A stretch of DNA of 64,000 nucleotides, taken from NCBI GenBank assembly GCA_963745035.1, contig CAVUVW010000014.1:448001-512000 (forward strand), given 5' to 3'. The position numbers were made by a program, and so were the translations under genes. Source of the stretch: an uncultured delta proteobacterium. GTDB lineage: Bacteria; Desulfobacterota; Binatia; UBA9968. Below are positions 22,861 to 33,285 of the stretch, one piece after another (the first letter of the stretch is position 1; every line of letters begins with the position of its first letter). The notes beneath the pieces are model-generated. The model ran no database searches. It saw nothing but the letters and a program-made list of their open reading frames with translations, and had not been told where the DNA came from.

Positions 22861-23675
22861 AGATCGATCCTGACAAGTGCGTTGCCTGCGGCAATTGCTT
22901 GCCGGTCTGCCCGATGGGCGCGATCTACATTGATCCGGCGCTGAGCCGCGCGCGCATCAACGCCGACGAGTGCGTCGAATGCTTTACTTGTTACCGCGGC
23001 ATGTCGAAGGAGCACCTGAACCCCGTGTTTGTGCGCGCGATCCGCAGGACGGCGCAACTTTTCCGTTTTCGCTTCGACCCGGAGCCGGACATCTGCCCGA
23101 CGGATGCAATCATCCCGGAGGAGTTGACCTGGCCAAGAGTCGTTCGGCGCGCCTTCTCCGATCCTCAGGTGCCGCACGAGTCCACCGGCATCCACGGGCG
23201 CGGCACCGCCGAGGTCAAGACCAACGACGTAACCAATCGGGTGAAAGCGGGTGACGCGGGATTTGTCATCGAATTCGGCCGGCCGGGAGTCGGCGCTCGT
23301 TTTCGCGACATCGAGCGAGTAACCCGCGCGCTCGCCGAGTTGGGCGTTGAATTCGAAAGCAATAATCCCGTTACCACGCTCATGACCGACCCGGCGCGCG
23401 GCGTCATCCGGCCGGAGATCCTCAACGAGAAGATTCTTTCGGCAATCGTGGAGATCAAAACGCACTTGGGCGACGTGCCTTCGGTCTTGAGAAAGGTCAA
23501 GGAGCTGTCCCGCGAAGTAGATACGGTGATCAGCGTCGGCGTCTCGACGCGCTGCGGCGCCGGAGGCGAAGAACCCTTGCGCGAGATTTTGGAACGCGAG
23601 GGTTATCCCACTTATCGGGGAAAAACCAATCTGGGACTGGGGCGAGTTACGACTCAAAGCCAAAACGCAGAATGA
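22857..23675 (+). CDS. Uncharacterised 4Fe-4S dicluster protein
   Basis: CVACGNCLPVCP and CVECFTC...CPTDAI; C-terminal domain with GRGTAEVKTNDVT and EFGRPGVG. Confidence 0.85.
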   Translation: MKIDPDKCVACGNCLPVCPMGAIYIDPALSRARINADECVECFTCYRGMSKEHLNPVFVRAIRRTAQLFRFRFDPEPDICPTDAIIPEELTWPRVVRRAFSDPQVPHESTGIHGRGTAEVKTNDVTNRVKAGDAGFVIEFGRPGVGARFRDIERVTRALAELGVEFESNNPVTTLMTDPARGVIRPEILNEKILSAIVEIKTHLGDVPSVLRKVKELSREVDTVISVGVSTRCGAGGEEPLREILEREGYPTYRGKTNLGLGRVTTQSQNAE

Positions 23676-23733
23676 AAACTGAAACATGCAAAATCAAATT
23701 GCGATCTGCACTTTTCTCTTTTGATGATTTGAA

Positions 23734-24438
23734 ATGACCAACACGCTGCATCGCTACAGCGAGCACTATGCGCTTGAGAGGCCGGCGAACCCCGCGCCGG
23801 TTGGCAACGACTTCATCGTCTTCGCCATGGCCAGCCGGGGCATCAACGACGACGGTTTGGTTGAAAAGTATCGCGCTTTCCTGCGCCTCGCATTGAAGCA
23901 TCATCCGGTGAACATCGGCGACGCTACCAAAGGCGGCATGCTCCGGCCAAGACAAGATCTGAATCCGAAAGCCCACTGGAGGCGCGATCATCAATCCAAC
24001 CCCGAAGCAGTGATCGCGGGTATCGAGGGCCACACGACGGCGGCAGCGGTCTTTGACAACTATCAGAACATGAAGGCTTTCGTCGACGACCTCCAGCGCG
24101 CTAACTTAGGCATCTCGGTGAACATCAGCGCGCCCATTGAAGATGCGGCCCGCTGTTGCCGTGACACCGGGATTACCCGTCATAGCGTGGAATACTCTCT
24201 GGGCTTTTGCGGGCGAGTGGACCGCTTGCCGGACGCCACCGTTCTTGAGCTCACGACCATGTGCGGTCACGGTATGGTATCGGCCAATTTCGCCAAAAAG
24301 ATGATCGATTGGGTCAAGGAAAATCGCCGCGGCCCGGCTGAAGTCGCGCGCACGATGGCGCGATTCTGTAGCTGCGGGGTGTTCAACATCAGCCGGGCTG
24401 AAAGCATTCTCAACGAGGCGCGGACAAAGAACCGCTAA
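23734..24438 (+). CDS. Hypothetical Cys/His-motif protein
   Basis: MTNTLHR, HSVEYSLG, TMCGHGMV, CSCGVFN; operon position. Confidence 0.8.
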   Translation: MTNTLHRYSEHYALERPANPAPVGNDFIVFAMASRGINDDGLVEKYRAFLRLALKHHPVNIGDATKGGMLRPRQDLNPKAHWRRDHQSNPEAVIAGIEGHTTAAAVFDNYQNMKAFVDDLQRANLGISVNISAPIEDAARCCRDTGITRHSVEYSLGFCGRVDRLPDATVLELTTMCGHGMVSANFAKKMIDWVKENRRGPAEVARTMARFCSCGVFNISRAESILNEARTKNR

Positions 24439-24491
24439 GACACAGAAACTCCAGTCGTAGTGCCGGTGCACGGCAGGAAAGGAGAAATGAG

Positions 24492-25469
24492 ATGAAGCGG
24501 ATCGGGATCACTATTCTTGTGATGACCTTGTTCAGCATATGGGGGCAAGCTCTGCTCGCGCAGTCAAGTACCCTGCGTCTAGGTCACGTCGGCTTTCCCG
24601 GCTCGCTCTTCGCCATCACGGCGGATGAGTATGCCCAGCGAGTCAACACTGCGCTCAAAGGTAAATTGGAGGTCAACGTCTTTCATTCGAGCCAGCTCGG
24701 CAGCGACGAGCAGATGATGCGCGGCATCAAGGTTGGCGCCCCCGAGATGGTGGCGCCGTCAACAGTCATGAGCACCGTGGAAGCAAAATTCGGCGTCTTT
24801 GAGATGCCTTACCTCATTGTCAGCCGCGCCCACATGAAGAAGGTGGCTGAGAACAAACAGGTGCAGGATCAGCTCTTCGGCGGCCTGCCGGCAAAAGGAA
24901 TCAGGGTTCTGGGAGTCTGGGAAAACGGCTTTCGCCATATCACAAGCAATGTGCGGCCGATCGTAAAGCCGGAGGATTTGAAAGGGATCAAGTTGAGAGT
25001 GCCCGGCGGAGTCTGGCGGGTGAAGATGTTCAAGGACTACGGGGCGAATCCGTCGCCCATGCCTCTGGCGGAAGTCTATTCGGCGCTGCAGTCCGGCGTC
25101 ATGGACGCGCAGGAAAATCCCTTCCCGCAAATTGCCTCAGCGAAATTTTACGAGGTGCAGAAATTTCTTTCGTTGAGCGGCCATGTCTATACGCCCGCTT
25201 ATCTGGTGATCGGCGAAGAGGCGTGGGCAAAGCTGCCTAAAGACGTCCAGGGCACGCTCTCCAAGATCGCCTGGGACATGGGGGACTTTGCCCGCTCCGA
25301 GGGCGAACGGCTGGATAAGGAACTGATGAAAAAACTTTCGCCGCCGATGAAGGTCAACGAAGTCGACAAAGAAGCTTTCATCAAGGGCTCGGCGTCGATC
25401 TACGAAGAATTCGGCAAGGAAGTCGCCGGGGGGAGAGATCTCATCAAGGTAGTTCAGTCGCTGCGCTGA
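24492..25469 (+). CDS. TRAP transporter substrate-binding protein DctP
   Basis: Signal peptide, SQLG, ENGFRHIT, DLKGIKLRV, DAQENP. Confidence 0.93.
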   Translation: MKRIGITILVMTLFSIWGQALLAQSSTLRLGHVGFPGSLFAITADEYAQRVNTALKGKLEVNVFHSSQLGSDEQMMRGIKVGAPEMVAPSTVMSTVEAKFGVFEMPYLIVSRAHMKKVAENKQVQDQLFGGLPAKGIRVLGVWENGFRHITSNVRPIVKPEDLKGIKLRVPGGVWRVKMFKDYGANPSPMPLAEVYSALQSGVMDAQENPFPQIASAKFYEVQKFLSLSGHVYTPAYLVIGEEAWAKLPKDVQGTLSKIAWDMGDFARSEGERLDKELMKKLSPPMKVNEVDKEAFIKGSASIYEEFGKEVAGGRDLIKVVQSLR

Positions 25470-25555
25470 GGCAGGAACCATCTTGAGTCTTGGGCTTCTA
25501 GAGGCTGGCATCGAAACCCTCGACACAAGACGCGAGACTCTAAACCGAAGAAACC

Positions 25556-26071
25556 ATGCAGCGAATCTTCGATCGAGTGATCAGAGTTATCGAGTGGTGG
25601 TCGATGCTGCTGCTCATCCTGATGGTCGTACTGGTTTTCCTGGGGGTTTTGTTCCGTTACGTCCTCGGCGCGTCTCTTGCCTGGTACGATGAGTTCGCTT
25701 CCTACCTGCTGGTCTGGCTGACTTTTTACGGAGCGGTGGCGGCTTCCTACCGTGGCCGCCATATCGGATTTGACCTGGTGGTAAACCGCTTCATGCCGCG
25801 CACGAGAAAGGTGGCCGAGGTTGTCGCCGAGCTCCTGGTTTTGGGATTCCAGGTTGTGCTTTTCTACTATGGATGGGTACTCACGCAGAGGATGGGCGAC
25901 GAGACGGCGGTTTCGCTGCCCTGGGTCAAAATGGGCTGGGTGTACAGCGTGCTGCCAATTGCCGGCGGGCTCATGCTCGTGATCAGTCTTGAGCGCCTGC
26001 GTCATCTTCTGTTCGGCAACGGGACTGGGAAAGGAGCTGAAGCGGCGTGGAGTGGCTCATCCTCGGAGTAA
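25556..26071 (+). CDS. TRAP small permease DctQ
   Basis: 4 TM, RYVLG..W.DE, HIGFD. Confidence 0.9.
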   Translation: MQRIFDRVIRVIEWWSMLLLILMVVLVFLGVLFRYVLGASLAWYDEFASYLLVWLTFYGAVAASYRGRHIGFDLVVNRFMPRTRKVAEVVAELLVLGFQVVLFYYGWVLTQRMGDETAVSLPWVKMGWVYSVLPIAGGLMLVISLERLRHLLFGNGTGKGAEAAWSGSSSE

Positions 26072-27324
26072 TCGTTCTCCTCACGGTCATCAACGTCCCG
26101 ATCGCGTTCGCCCTTTCGATCACCACCATCCTGTTTCTTCTCTGGAAGGGAACCGCCTCGCTCAGCGTGGTCCCGCTGAATCTTTTTTCCGGAGCGTCGA
26201 GTTTTCCGTTGCTCGCGATTCCGCTCTTCATCTTGGCCGGGGGTCTGATGGAGACTTCGGGCATCTCGCTGCGGCTGGTAAACCTGGCCAATAGTTTTGT
26301 CGGTTTTATCCGCGGCGGACTTGCGATGGTGACCGTGGTGGCGACGATGATTCAGAGCGAGATCTCCGGCTCGTCCGTCGCAGACGCGGCTGCGATCGGC
26401 AACGTCGTGATCCCAGCCATGGAGAAGCGGGGTTATCCGAGGGCACTGAGCGCGGCCATTGTTTCCAACGCGGCCTCGGCGGCCATTCTCATTCCTCCCT
26501 CCATCCCCATGATCATCTACGCCTGGATGGCCGAGGTCTCGGTGGCGAAGCTCTTTTTCGCCGGCTTTCTCCCCGGCTTTATCGCTTGCGTGAGCATGAT
26601 GGGGCTCAGCTACTATTACGCGCGCAAGCTAAATTTACCCGTGGAGCAGAAATTCTCGTTGAACGAGGTCGGAAAATCCTCCGTCCGAGCCTTCTGGGCG
26701 CTCTTCATTCCGATTGTGATCTGGGGCGGGATCTTTCTCGGCATCGCCACTGCCACCGAGGTCGCAGCGCTGGCCGTAATCGCAGCATTGATTATTGGCG
26801 CCTTTATCTACCGTGAGCTGCCCGCGCGCGAGATTACCCGCGTTCTACATGATTCGACGGGCCAGACCGCCGTGGTCATGGCGATCGTGGCCTCCTCTGC
26901 CGTGCTCGGGTGGTTTCTGACGAGTGAACAGATTCCCCAGAAGTTCGCTCGGATGATCCTGGAGACGACATCGAACAAATACTTGATCCTGCTCTTTTTG
27001 AATATCTTTTTTTTCATTGCCGGAATGTTTCTCCACTCGGCGGCGGCGATTATCCTGATCGTTCCCATCGTCATGCCGCTGATCCGCCAGATCGGCGTGG
27101 ACCCGATCCACTTCGGCATCATCGTAACGATCAACCTCGGCGTCGGCCAGCAAACCCCACCCGTGGCCACCGTGCTTTTCACCGTCGCCACTATCGCGCG
27201 TTTGCCCTTCTGGGAAGTCTTCAAAGCGGGGTGGCCATTCACGGCCGTTCTCGCTTTGGTTACTCTGCTAGTCACCTATGTTCCGTGGATCAGCCTCGGT
27301 TTGGTCAATCTGATTAACTGGTAG
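26047..27324 (+). CDS. TRAP large permease DctM
   Basis: LLAIPLFILAG, SGSSVADAAAIG, IPPSIPMI, TPPV. Confidence 0.93.
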   Translation: MEWLILGVIVLLTVINVPIAFALSITTILFLLWKGTASLSVVPLNLFSGASSFPLLAIPLFILAGGLMETSGISLRLVNLANSFVGFIRGGLAMVTVVATMIQSEISGSSVADAAAIGNVVIPAMEKRGYPRALSAAIVSNAASAAILIPPSIPMIIYAWMAEVSVAKLFFAGFLPGFIACVSMMGLSYYYARKLNLPVEQKFSLNEVGKSSVRAFWALFIPIVIWGGIFLGIATATEVAALAVIAALIIGAFIYRELPAREITRVLHDSTGQTAVVMAIVASSAVLGWFLTSEQIPQKFARMILETTSNKYLILLFLNIFFFIAGMFLHSAAAIILIVPIVMPLIRQIGVDPIHFGIIVTINLGVGQQTPPVATVLFTVATIARLPFWEVFKAGWPFTAVLALVTLLVTYVPWISLGLVNLINW

Positions 27325-27622
27325 CCTGCCATTTTGGATCATAGAATTCAATTTCCCTTTTTGCCTGACTACTCGATCTTCGCCCTGACCCCTGCTGCGC
27401 CGTCGTCGCCAATACTGAGACTCACGGTGACTGGGTTTGCCATCCCTTTGAAGTTGGCACGTTCGAGTTTCAATCTCGAACTCGAAAACGCCGGCGCGCA
27501 AAGACCGGATCGATGCGATTATTTTACGCCGTTGATCGTCCCAAGAAATGAGACTCGCTGTTTTTGCTCATCTTGAAGGACCCCGTCGATCCTCCATCTT
27601 CTATCTTCGTCCAAAATGTAGC

Positions 27623-28963
27623 TCAGCTCTCCGCCATCTTCGCCGCCAGCCAGCGCGCCGTCCGCAACAGGCGCGCATCGCCGTGACGCGGGCCGACGAG
27701 CTGCACACCGATCGGCAAACCGTTAACACTTTGCAACAGCGGCAAACTGATCGCGGGCATGCCGCACAAGGTCCAGAGCGTGCAGAAAACCGGATCGCCG
27801 GTGCTCGCCAGTCCTTTGGGCGCGGCGCTGGGCGCGGACGGCGTGAGAATCGCGTCGTAGCGCTGCTCGAAGAGCTCGAGGAAACTCGCATGGAGCGGCG
27901 CAATTTGGCTGAGCGCGCCCAGGTAATCCGACGCGCGCACTTCGCGGCCGCGCTCGATCTGCGCGCGCAATTGCTCGGAGAGAAGATCGCGGCCGTTCGT
28001 CCATTCACGCTCGAGGTTGTGCGCCATTTCCGCGCCCATGATGGTCTGGTGCCACTGCCATGCGTCCGCCGCCGAGGGAAACAGCTCGACTTCCTCGACC
28101 TGGCTACCGAGATGTTCGATGATTTCGGCAAATCCCTCTTTGGTCTCTTCGTCGGCGCGCTCCCAATCGGCGTTTTGATAAACGCAAACATCGGCGGCAA
28201 CGGCGGCTCTTCGGCGGCGATTTGACCGAATGGAATGTGCGCGCGCGGGCTCGTATCGGGATCCTGCTCATCGTAGCCGACGATTTGTTCGGCAAGCAAT
28301 GCAATATCGTCCACCGAATTGGCAAACAATCCGACATGGTCGAGCGTGCGCGACAAGCATCAGCGCGCGGTGGCGCGAGATCAGCCCGTGCGTCGGTTTG
28401 AAACCGACGACGCCACAATACGCAGCCGGGCGAATCGTGGAACCGTTGGTCTGGCTGCCAATCGCGAGCGGCACCATGTTCGCTCCGACGGCCGCCGCCG
28501 AACCGCTCGAAGAACCGCCCGGCGTATGCTCGGGATTGTGCGGATTACGCGTTTTACCCGGTGAAAAATAGGCAAACTCCGTGGTCACGGTTTTCCCCAT
28601 GATGACCGCGCCCGCTGCGCGCAGCATCGCGACCACGCTGGCGTCGCGCGACGGCGTGCGCCCGGCGTAAATCGCCGAACCATATTCAGTCGGCATGTCG
28701 GCGGTATCAAAAATATCCTTGATGGCAACCGGCACGCCATGGAGCGGGCCGATCGGCGCACCGCTCAAGCGTCGCTGGTCCGCCGCGCGCGCTTGCTGAA
28801 GAGCATAATCAGGATCGAGAAATGTCCAGGCTTGAACTCTCCCGTCCACCTCGGCAATCCGCGCCAGACACGCGTCAACGAACTGCTCCGAGCTGATCAC
28901 GCCGTCGCGGATCAAACGGACCGCTTCGGTCGCGGAAACAGAGTAAAGATTTGTCAGATCCAT
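27623..28963 (-). CDS. Amidase-signature family enzyme; two apparent frameshifts (near 28360 and 28165)
   Basis: PLHGVPVAIKD, GKTVTTEFA, PGGSSSGSAAAV, GSQTNGSTIRPA; C-terminal GLPIGVQLVG in ORF 27623..28039. Confidence 0.88.
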
Positions 28964-29029
28964 GATCTACGTTCCTAACAAAAATTTTTCGGTATCATCT
29001 TCCCGGGTGCCGCGAGGAGAAGCTAGCAG

Positions 29030-29112
29030 CCCAAGGCCCCGAAGGAGAAGGGCACCGGAAACGTACGCGGTCAGTACGTTGAGGATGCCCGACGACTGAG
29101 AACGCAGGGATG
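29030..29112. repeat. Intergenic palindromic element
   Basis: AACGTAC (29060-66) / GTACGTT (29074-80) core enclosed by GGGCA...TGCCC. Confidence 0.45.
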
Positions 29113-29132
29113 CGACGCTTATCGTCGCGGCA

Positions 29133-31199
29133 CTAATTCCCGTAGAGGAACTCCGGCAGCCACAACGTCATACCCGGCCAGACGTACATAAAGACCAGAC
29201 AGATGCACACGATAATCATATACGGCATCATGCCGGCGAAAATTTGATTGAGAGTGACATGGGGCGGCGCCACGCCCTTCAAGTAGAATGCCGACATCGC
29301 CACCGGCGGCGAAAGAAATGCCGCCTGGAGATTCACCGCTACCATGATGCCGAACAGGATCGGGTCCACCTGGAAGTGGCTCAATAGTGGAATGAAGATC
29401 GGACAGAAGATCACGATGATCTCGGTCCATTCGAGGGGCCAACCCAGCAAGAATATAATTAGCTGAGAAACGAAGAGAAATCCCAGCGGCGAGAGATTCA
29501 TGCTGAGTACCCAGCGCTCGATCAGTCCCTGGCCCCCGTGCAGCGCAAAGACGCTGGAAAACAGCGCCGAGCCGACGAAAAGCCAGCACACCATCGCCGT
29601 CGTTTTCGCCGTCAGGAATACCGATTCCTTGAGATTCTGTCGCAGCTCGGGCGACTTCGGCAAGGCCCACAGGAAAGGCACCGCGGTTCCCACAAATACA
29701 CCGCCGAGAGTTCCCGACACGAGCAAGGTCACGAAACCGCCGCGAGACCAGCCGAGTGCCACGCCGACGATCACCCCAACAAGGCTCGACCACCAGACAA
29801 GACCCGGGTATTTCATCATGACCGCCAAATACAAAGCCCCGAGCGCCCCGATCCCGGCCGACTCGGTGGCGGTCGTAATCCCGAACAGGATCACCGCGAG
29901 CACTACGACGGTGAGCACCCCCAGCGGCACTACAGAGACGACTAGCTCCTTCAGGATCTCAAGCTGCTCGCCGTCCATACGCCGGTAATAGAAGGCAAGC
30001 GGGATCGCACTCAGCACAGCTAATCCCCAGAACCAAACGTAGAAGTGTTCCGGGATTTTCCCGGCCGCCGCTGCGCCCCTCGGCTCGGGCAGCGAGCCCA
30101 TTTGCTCGGCCGGTGCGTCGGCAGGCTGAGACGGCTCCGTGGACTCACCAGTCGTCTCCGCGGCGCCGAGTTCCTGTGGTTTCTCTTCCGCCGACCCAAG
30201 CTCCTGCGCCGTTTCCGACTGAGCGGTGGCTGGCCCCGTTGTCGGCGGCGGGACAGCCGCGGCCTGAGGTGTCACGGCGACCGCGCCCGCCACTGCCGGC
30301 GCGTTGTAGATCGTGACATACCACCAGGCGGCACCGAACGTGCCAACCATCAGGGTCACCGGTACCATGAGCACGAGAAAATTCTTGACAATCCAACCGT
30401 AACCCAACGGTTTGCCGTCAGCCCCGCGCGCGCCCTGAAGCAGACCCGGGCGGAACAAGGCCGCGACGAGAACTCCGAACACCCGCTTCGATGACCCGCG
30501 TTCGAGCCGCCGCAGCCACTCCGGCGCCTCAATGCGATATTGATCCGGCGCCAGCTTGGGCGCGATCTTCGGGTTGAGGATTGCCCAGCCAAGGATGTAG
30601 ACGAGGTAAAGGAACGTGAGGAAAAAGCCTGGCAGCATTGCCGCCGCGTACAGTTTCACGATCGACTGTCCGGCTACGGCGGCATAGACAATGAGCATCA
30701 CCGAAGGCGGGATCAATATGCCGAGGGTGCCGCCTGCGGCAATCGCGCCGGAGGCGAGCCGCACGTCGTATCCGGCATTCAGCATCGGACGCAACGCAAT
30801 CACGCCCATCAGCACCACCACGGCGCCGACAATACCGGATGCGATCCCCCAGAACGCGCAGACTAGAAGCGTCGTCACGGCAAGCGACGCGGGCACCCGC
30901 CGAAACGCAAGCTGGACGCTATGGAACATCCGGTCGACCAGCGCCGCTCGTTCCATGATGTAACCCATGAAGACAAACAGCGGCACCGACAGCAGCGTGT
31001 CATTGACCATAACGCCGTAAGTCCGCTGGACCATTAGATCGAAAACCCGGTTATCGTACCAGTGTTGACCTGGAAGCCAGAAAGCCAAGAATCCAAACAC
31101 CATTCCCAGTCCCATGAGCGTAAACGCGGTCGGGAAACCCATCATGATCGCGATCACGATAAGCCCGAGCATGGTCAGGCCGAGGATCGGATCGCTCAT
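29133..31199 (-). CDS. TRAP large permease DctM with a large insertion
   Basis: GGTLGILIPPS, TATESA, PLEWTEI, FLSPP; 688 aa. Confidence 0.9.
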   Translation of the reverse strand: MSDPILGLTMLGLIVIAIMMGFPTAFTLMGLGMVFGFLAFWLPGQHWYDNRVFDLMVQRTYGVMVNDTLLSVPLFVFMGYIMERAALVDRMFHSVQLAFRRVPASLAVTTLLVCAFWGIASGIVGAVVVLMGVIALRPMLNAGYDVRLASGAIAAGGTLGILIPPSVMLIVYAAVAGQSIVKLYAAAMLPGFFLTFLYLVYILGWAILNPKIAPKLAPDQYRIEAPEWLRRLERGSSKRVFGVLVAALFRPGLLQGARGADGKPLGYGWIVKNFLVLMVPVTLMVGTFGAAWWYVTIYNAPAVAGAVAVTPQAAAVPPPTTGPATAQSETAQELGSAEEKPQELGAAETTGESTEPSQPADAPAEQMGSLPEPRGAAAAGKIPEHFYVWFWGLAVLSAIPLAFYYRRMDGEQLEILKELVVSVVPLGVLTVVVLAVILFGITTATESAGIGALGALYLAVMMKYPGLVWWSSLVGVIVGVALGWSRGGFVTLLVSGTLGGVFVGTAVPFLWALPKSPELRQNLKESVFLTAKTTAMVCWLFVGSALFSSVFALHGGQGLIERWVLSMNLSPLGFLFVSQLIIFLLGWPLEWTEIIVIFCPIFIPLLSHFQVDPILFGIMVAVNLQAAFLSPPVAMSAFYLKGVAPPHVTLNQIFAGMMPYMIIVCICLVFMYVWPGMTLWLPEFLYGN

Positions 31200-31873
31200 G
31201 ATTTTTTCTCTCCCTCGGTGTCCGTGGAGCTGCGATGACGCGCCGCTTCGTCAATGGCGTGGGCCGACCCCATGGCGGTACGGCGCGACTCTTCATCGAT
31301 GAACTCGCTATGGGAGAGTTGGGTTTCGATGACGTCGATTTCCTCGACGTCCTCGAGCCGCGCGGGCCAGGTGCCGGTGCGCAGACACTGGATGCAGCGT
31401 AAGATCTCGGCTACCCCCTGGAGCATCACGAGCGCTCCCGCGATGGGAATCACCGATTTGAAGTGATAAATGGGCGGCCCCTCCGCGGTCACCGTCGAGT
31501 GCTCCCCGATGAGCCACGATTCCTTGGCATAACCGTAACCGGCGTAGCTGAGCGCGAGGATTCCTGGAATGAAAAAAAGAAAATAGAGCGCCAGGTCGAG
31601 AGTCGCTTGCCGGCGCGGCGAGAGCCGCCCGTAGACGAAGTCGGCGCGCACATGCCCGCCGAGCGCGAGCGTGTATGCGCCGCACATCATGAACAGCGTA
31701 CCGTAAAGCATGTTGTTTAAATCGAAAATCCAGGCCGTCGGGGCGTTCAGGATGTAGCGCTTGAAGACCTCCACGGAAATCACGAGAGTAGCTGCGACGA
31801 TCAGCCAGGCAAAAGCTTTGCCCGACCAGTAACTGATCTGATCGATGGCATGGAGCAGGCGCTCGGCGTTCAT
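31196..31873 (-). CDS. TRAP small permease DctQ
   Basis: EVFKRYILNAPT, HVRAD, 4 TM. Confidence 0.88.
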   Translation of the reverse strand: MNAERLLHAIDQISYWSGKAFAWLIVAATLVISVEVFKRYILNAPTAWIFDLNNMLYGTLFMMCGAYTLALGGHVRADFVYGRLSPRRQATLDLALYFLFFIPGILALSYAGYGYAKESWLIGEHSTVTAEGPPIYHFKSVIPIAGALVMLQGVAEILRCIQCLRTGTWPARLEDVEEIDVIETQLSHSEFIDEESRRTAMGSAHAIDEAARHRSSTDTEGEKKS

Positions 31874-31949
31874 CGGTGTGCAAAACCAGCCAGCCACCTA
31901 CCTCGGGGGCAGATGGCTGGCAGGATGAATGGGATCTGTCGCGGAGTGG

Positions 31950-33140
31950 CTAGCTCTTCTTGGGCTCCTGCTTAGCGGCAGGTGCCGCGGGCTTGTCGGC
32001 CGCCTTGGCGAAGTAGTGATTATACGCCATGCGCGAGCTAATCTGAGTGTCGAGTTGCCACTTGACCGTCCGCTGGGCGAATTGGCGTTGGGAGGCTTCG
32101 ATCTCCTTGAACATCGGATTTTCGGCGGTCTTCTTTGCTGCGGCCTGATCGTAAACAACTAGCTGCCTCTGCAGCACCGAGTCGGGGGTCCGGTAGAACC
32201 TCACTTTGTCCTTGGTCTGCATTTCGACGTAATCCTTCGAGTAGCGGTCGATCGCCTTCCACGACATATCCTGCGAAGAGGCCTCCACGCCGTACTCGAT
32301 GAGCGCCTTCATCTTCGCCGGCAGGGCGTCGTACTTGGTCTTGTTGAACGTTATCTCGAACTGCTCGGCGGCCTGGTGGTAGCTCTGCAGCATGCAAACT
32401 TTAGAGACGTCGGGAAAGCCGAGTATGCGGTCAGAGGAGGCATTGTTGAATTCCGCCGCCTCGATGAGCCCACGATCCATCGCCGGCACGATCTCGCCGC
32501 CGGGAAGCGCATTCACCGCCGCGCCCATACCCGTGAACACGTCAATGGACAGACCCACGGTGCGGAACTTCATGCCCTTGAAGTCGTCGGCCCTGGTGAT
32601 CGGCTTCTTGAACCAGCCGAGCGGCTGGGTCGGCATCGGCCCATACAAGAAGGATACGACGTTAGCGCCGATCGATTTGTAAAGCTTCTCCAGCAAGTCC
32701 TTACCGCCGCCGTATTTATGCCAGGCGAGCATCGTGTTCGCATCCATTCCAAAGCTTGGACCTGAGCCCCAAAGCGCGAGCGCCGTCTGCTTGCCGTAGT
32801 GGTATACGACCACGCCGTGGCCGCCGTCGAGGGTACCCTTCGACACGGCGTCAAGAAGCTGGAAGGCCGGCACCACCGCGCCGGCGGGCAGCACCTCAAT
32901 TTTCAAGTCGCCGCCGGTCATGTCGTTGACCTTCTTGGCGAAGTCGAGGGCATACTCGTGGAAGATATCCTTTTGCGGCCAGGTGCTCTGAAAGCGCATC
33001 GAGATCGGCCCCGTTTGTCCCTTGGCGATCATCGGAAAGCCGAGCACCGCCGCGCCTCCGGCGGCAACCGCCGCCTTGAGAACGTTACGGCGAGACACTT
33101 TGCCTTTAGCTTGGTCTTGGACTTTAGCTTGCTCAGACAT
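31950..33140 (-). CDS. TRAP substrate-binding protein (TakP-like, Tat signal)
   Basis: SRRNVLK twin-Arg motif, PAGAVVP, GWFKK, EAAEFN. Confidence 0.9.
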   Translation of the reverse strand: MSEQAKVQDQAKGKVSRRNVLKAAVAAGGAAVLGFPMIAKGQTGPISMRFQSTWPQKDIFHEYALDFAKKVNDMTGGDLKIEVLPAGAVVPAFQLLDAVSKGTLDGGHGVVVYHYGKQTALALWGSGPSFGMDANTMLAWHKYGGGKDLLEKLYKSIGANVVSFLYGPMPTQPLGWFKKPITRADDFKGMKFRTVGLSIDVFTGMGAAVNALPGGEIVPAMDRGLIEAAEFNNASSDRILGFPDVSKVCMLQSYHQAAEQFEITFNKTKYDALPAKMKALIEYGVEASSQDMSWKAIDRYSKDYVEMQTKDKVRFYRTPDSVLQRQLVVYDQAAAKKTAENPMFKEIEASQRQFAQRTVKWQLDTQISSRMAYNHYFAKAADKPAAPAAKQEPKKS

Positions 33141-33285
33141 ATTGCCTCCTTGGCATCGTCGTTATGGCGCTTTTCGCGCTCCGGCGCTATGCGTCTTCCG
33201 CTTATATCCACTTCGATAATTTCCGTCAATGTCCATTATTTAGACCTTTTAGTCGCCTGATTTTGCGCCAAGCCCCGAGGCGGAA

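Noticed and set aside
27334-27576. 80-aa ORF after dctM
   Set aside because: TTG start, no SD, overlaps a repeat hairpin, no recognisable protein features
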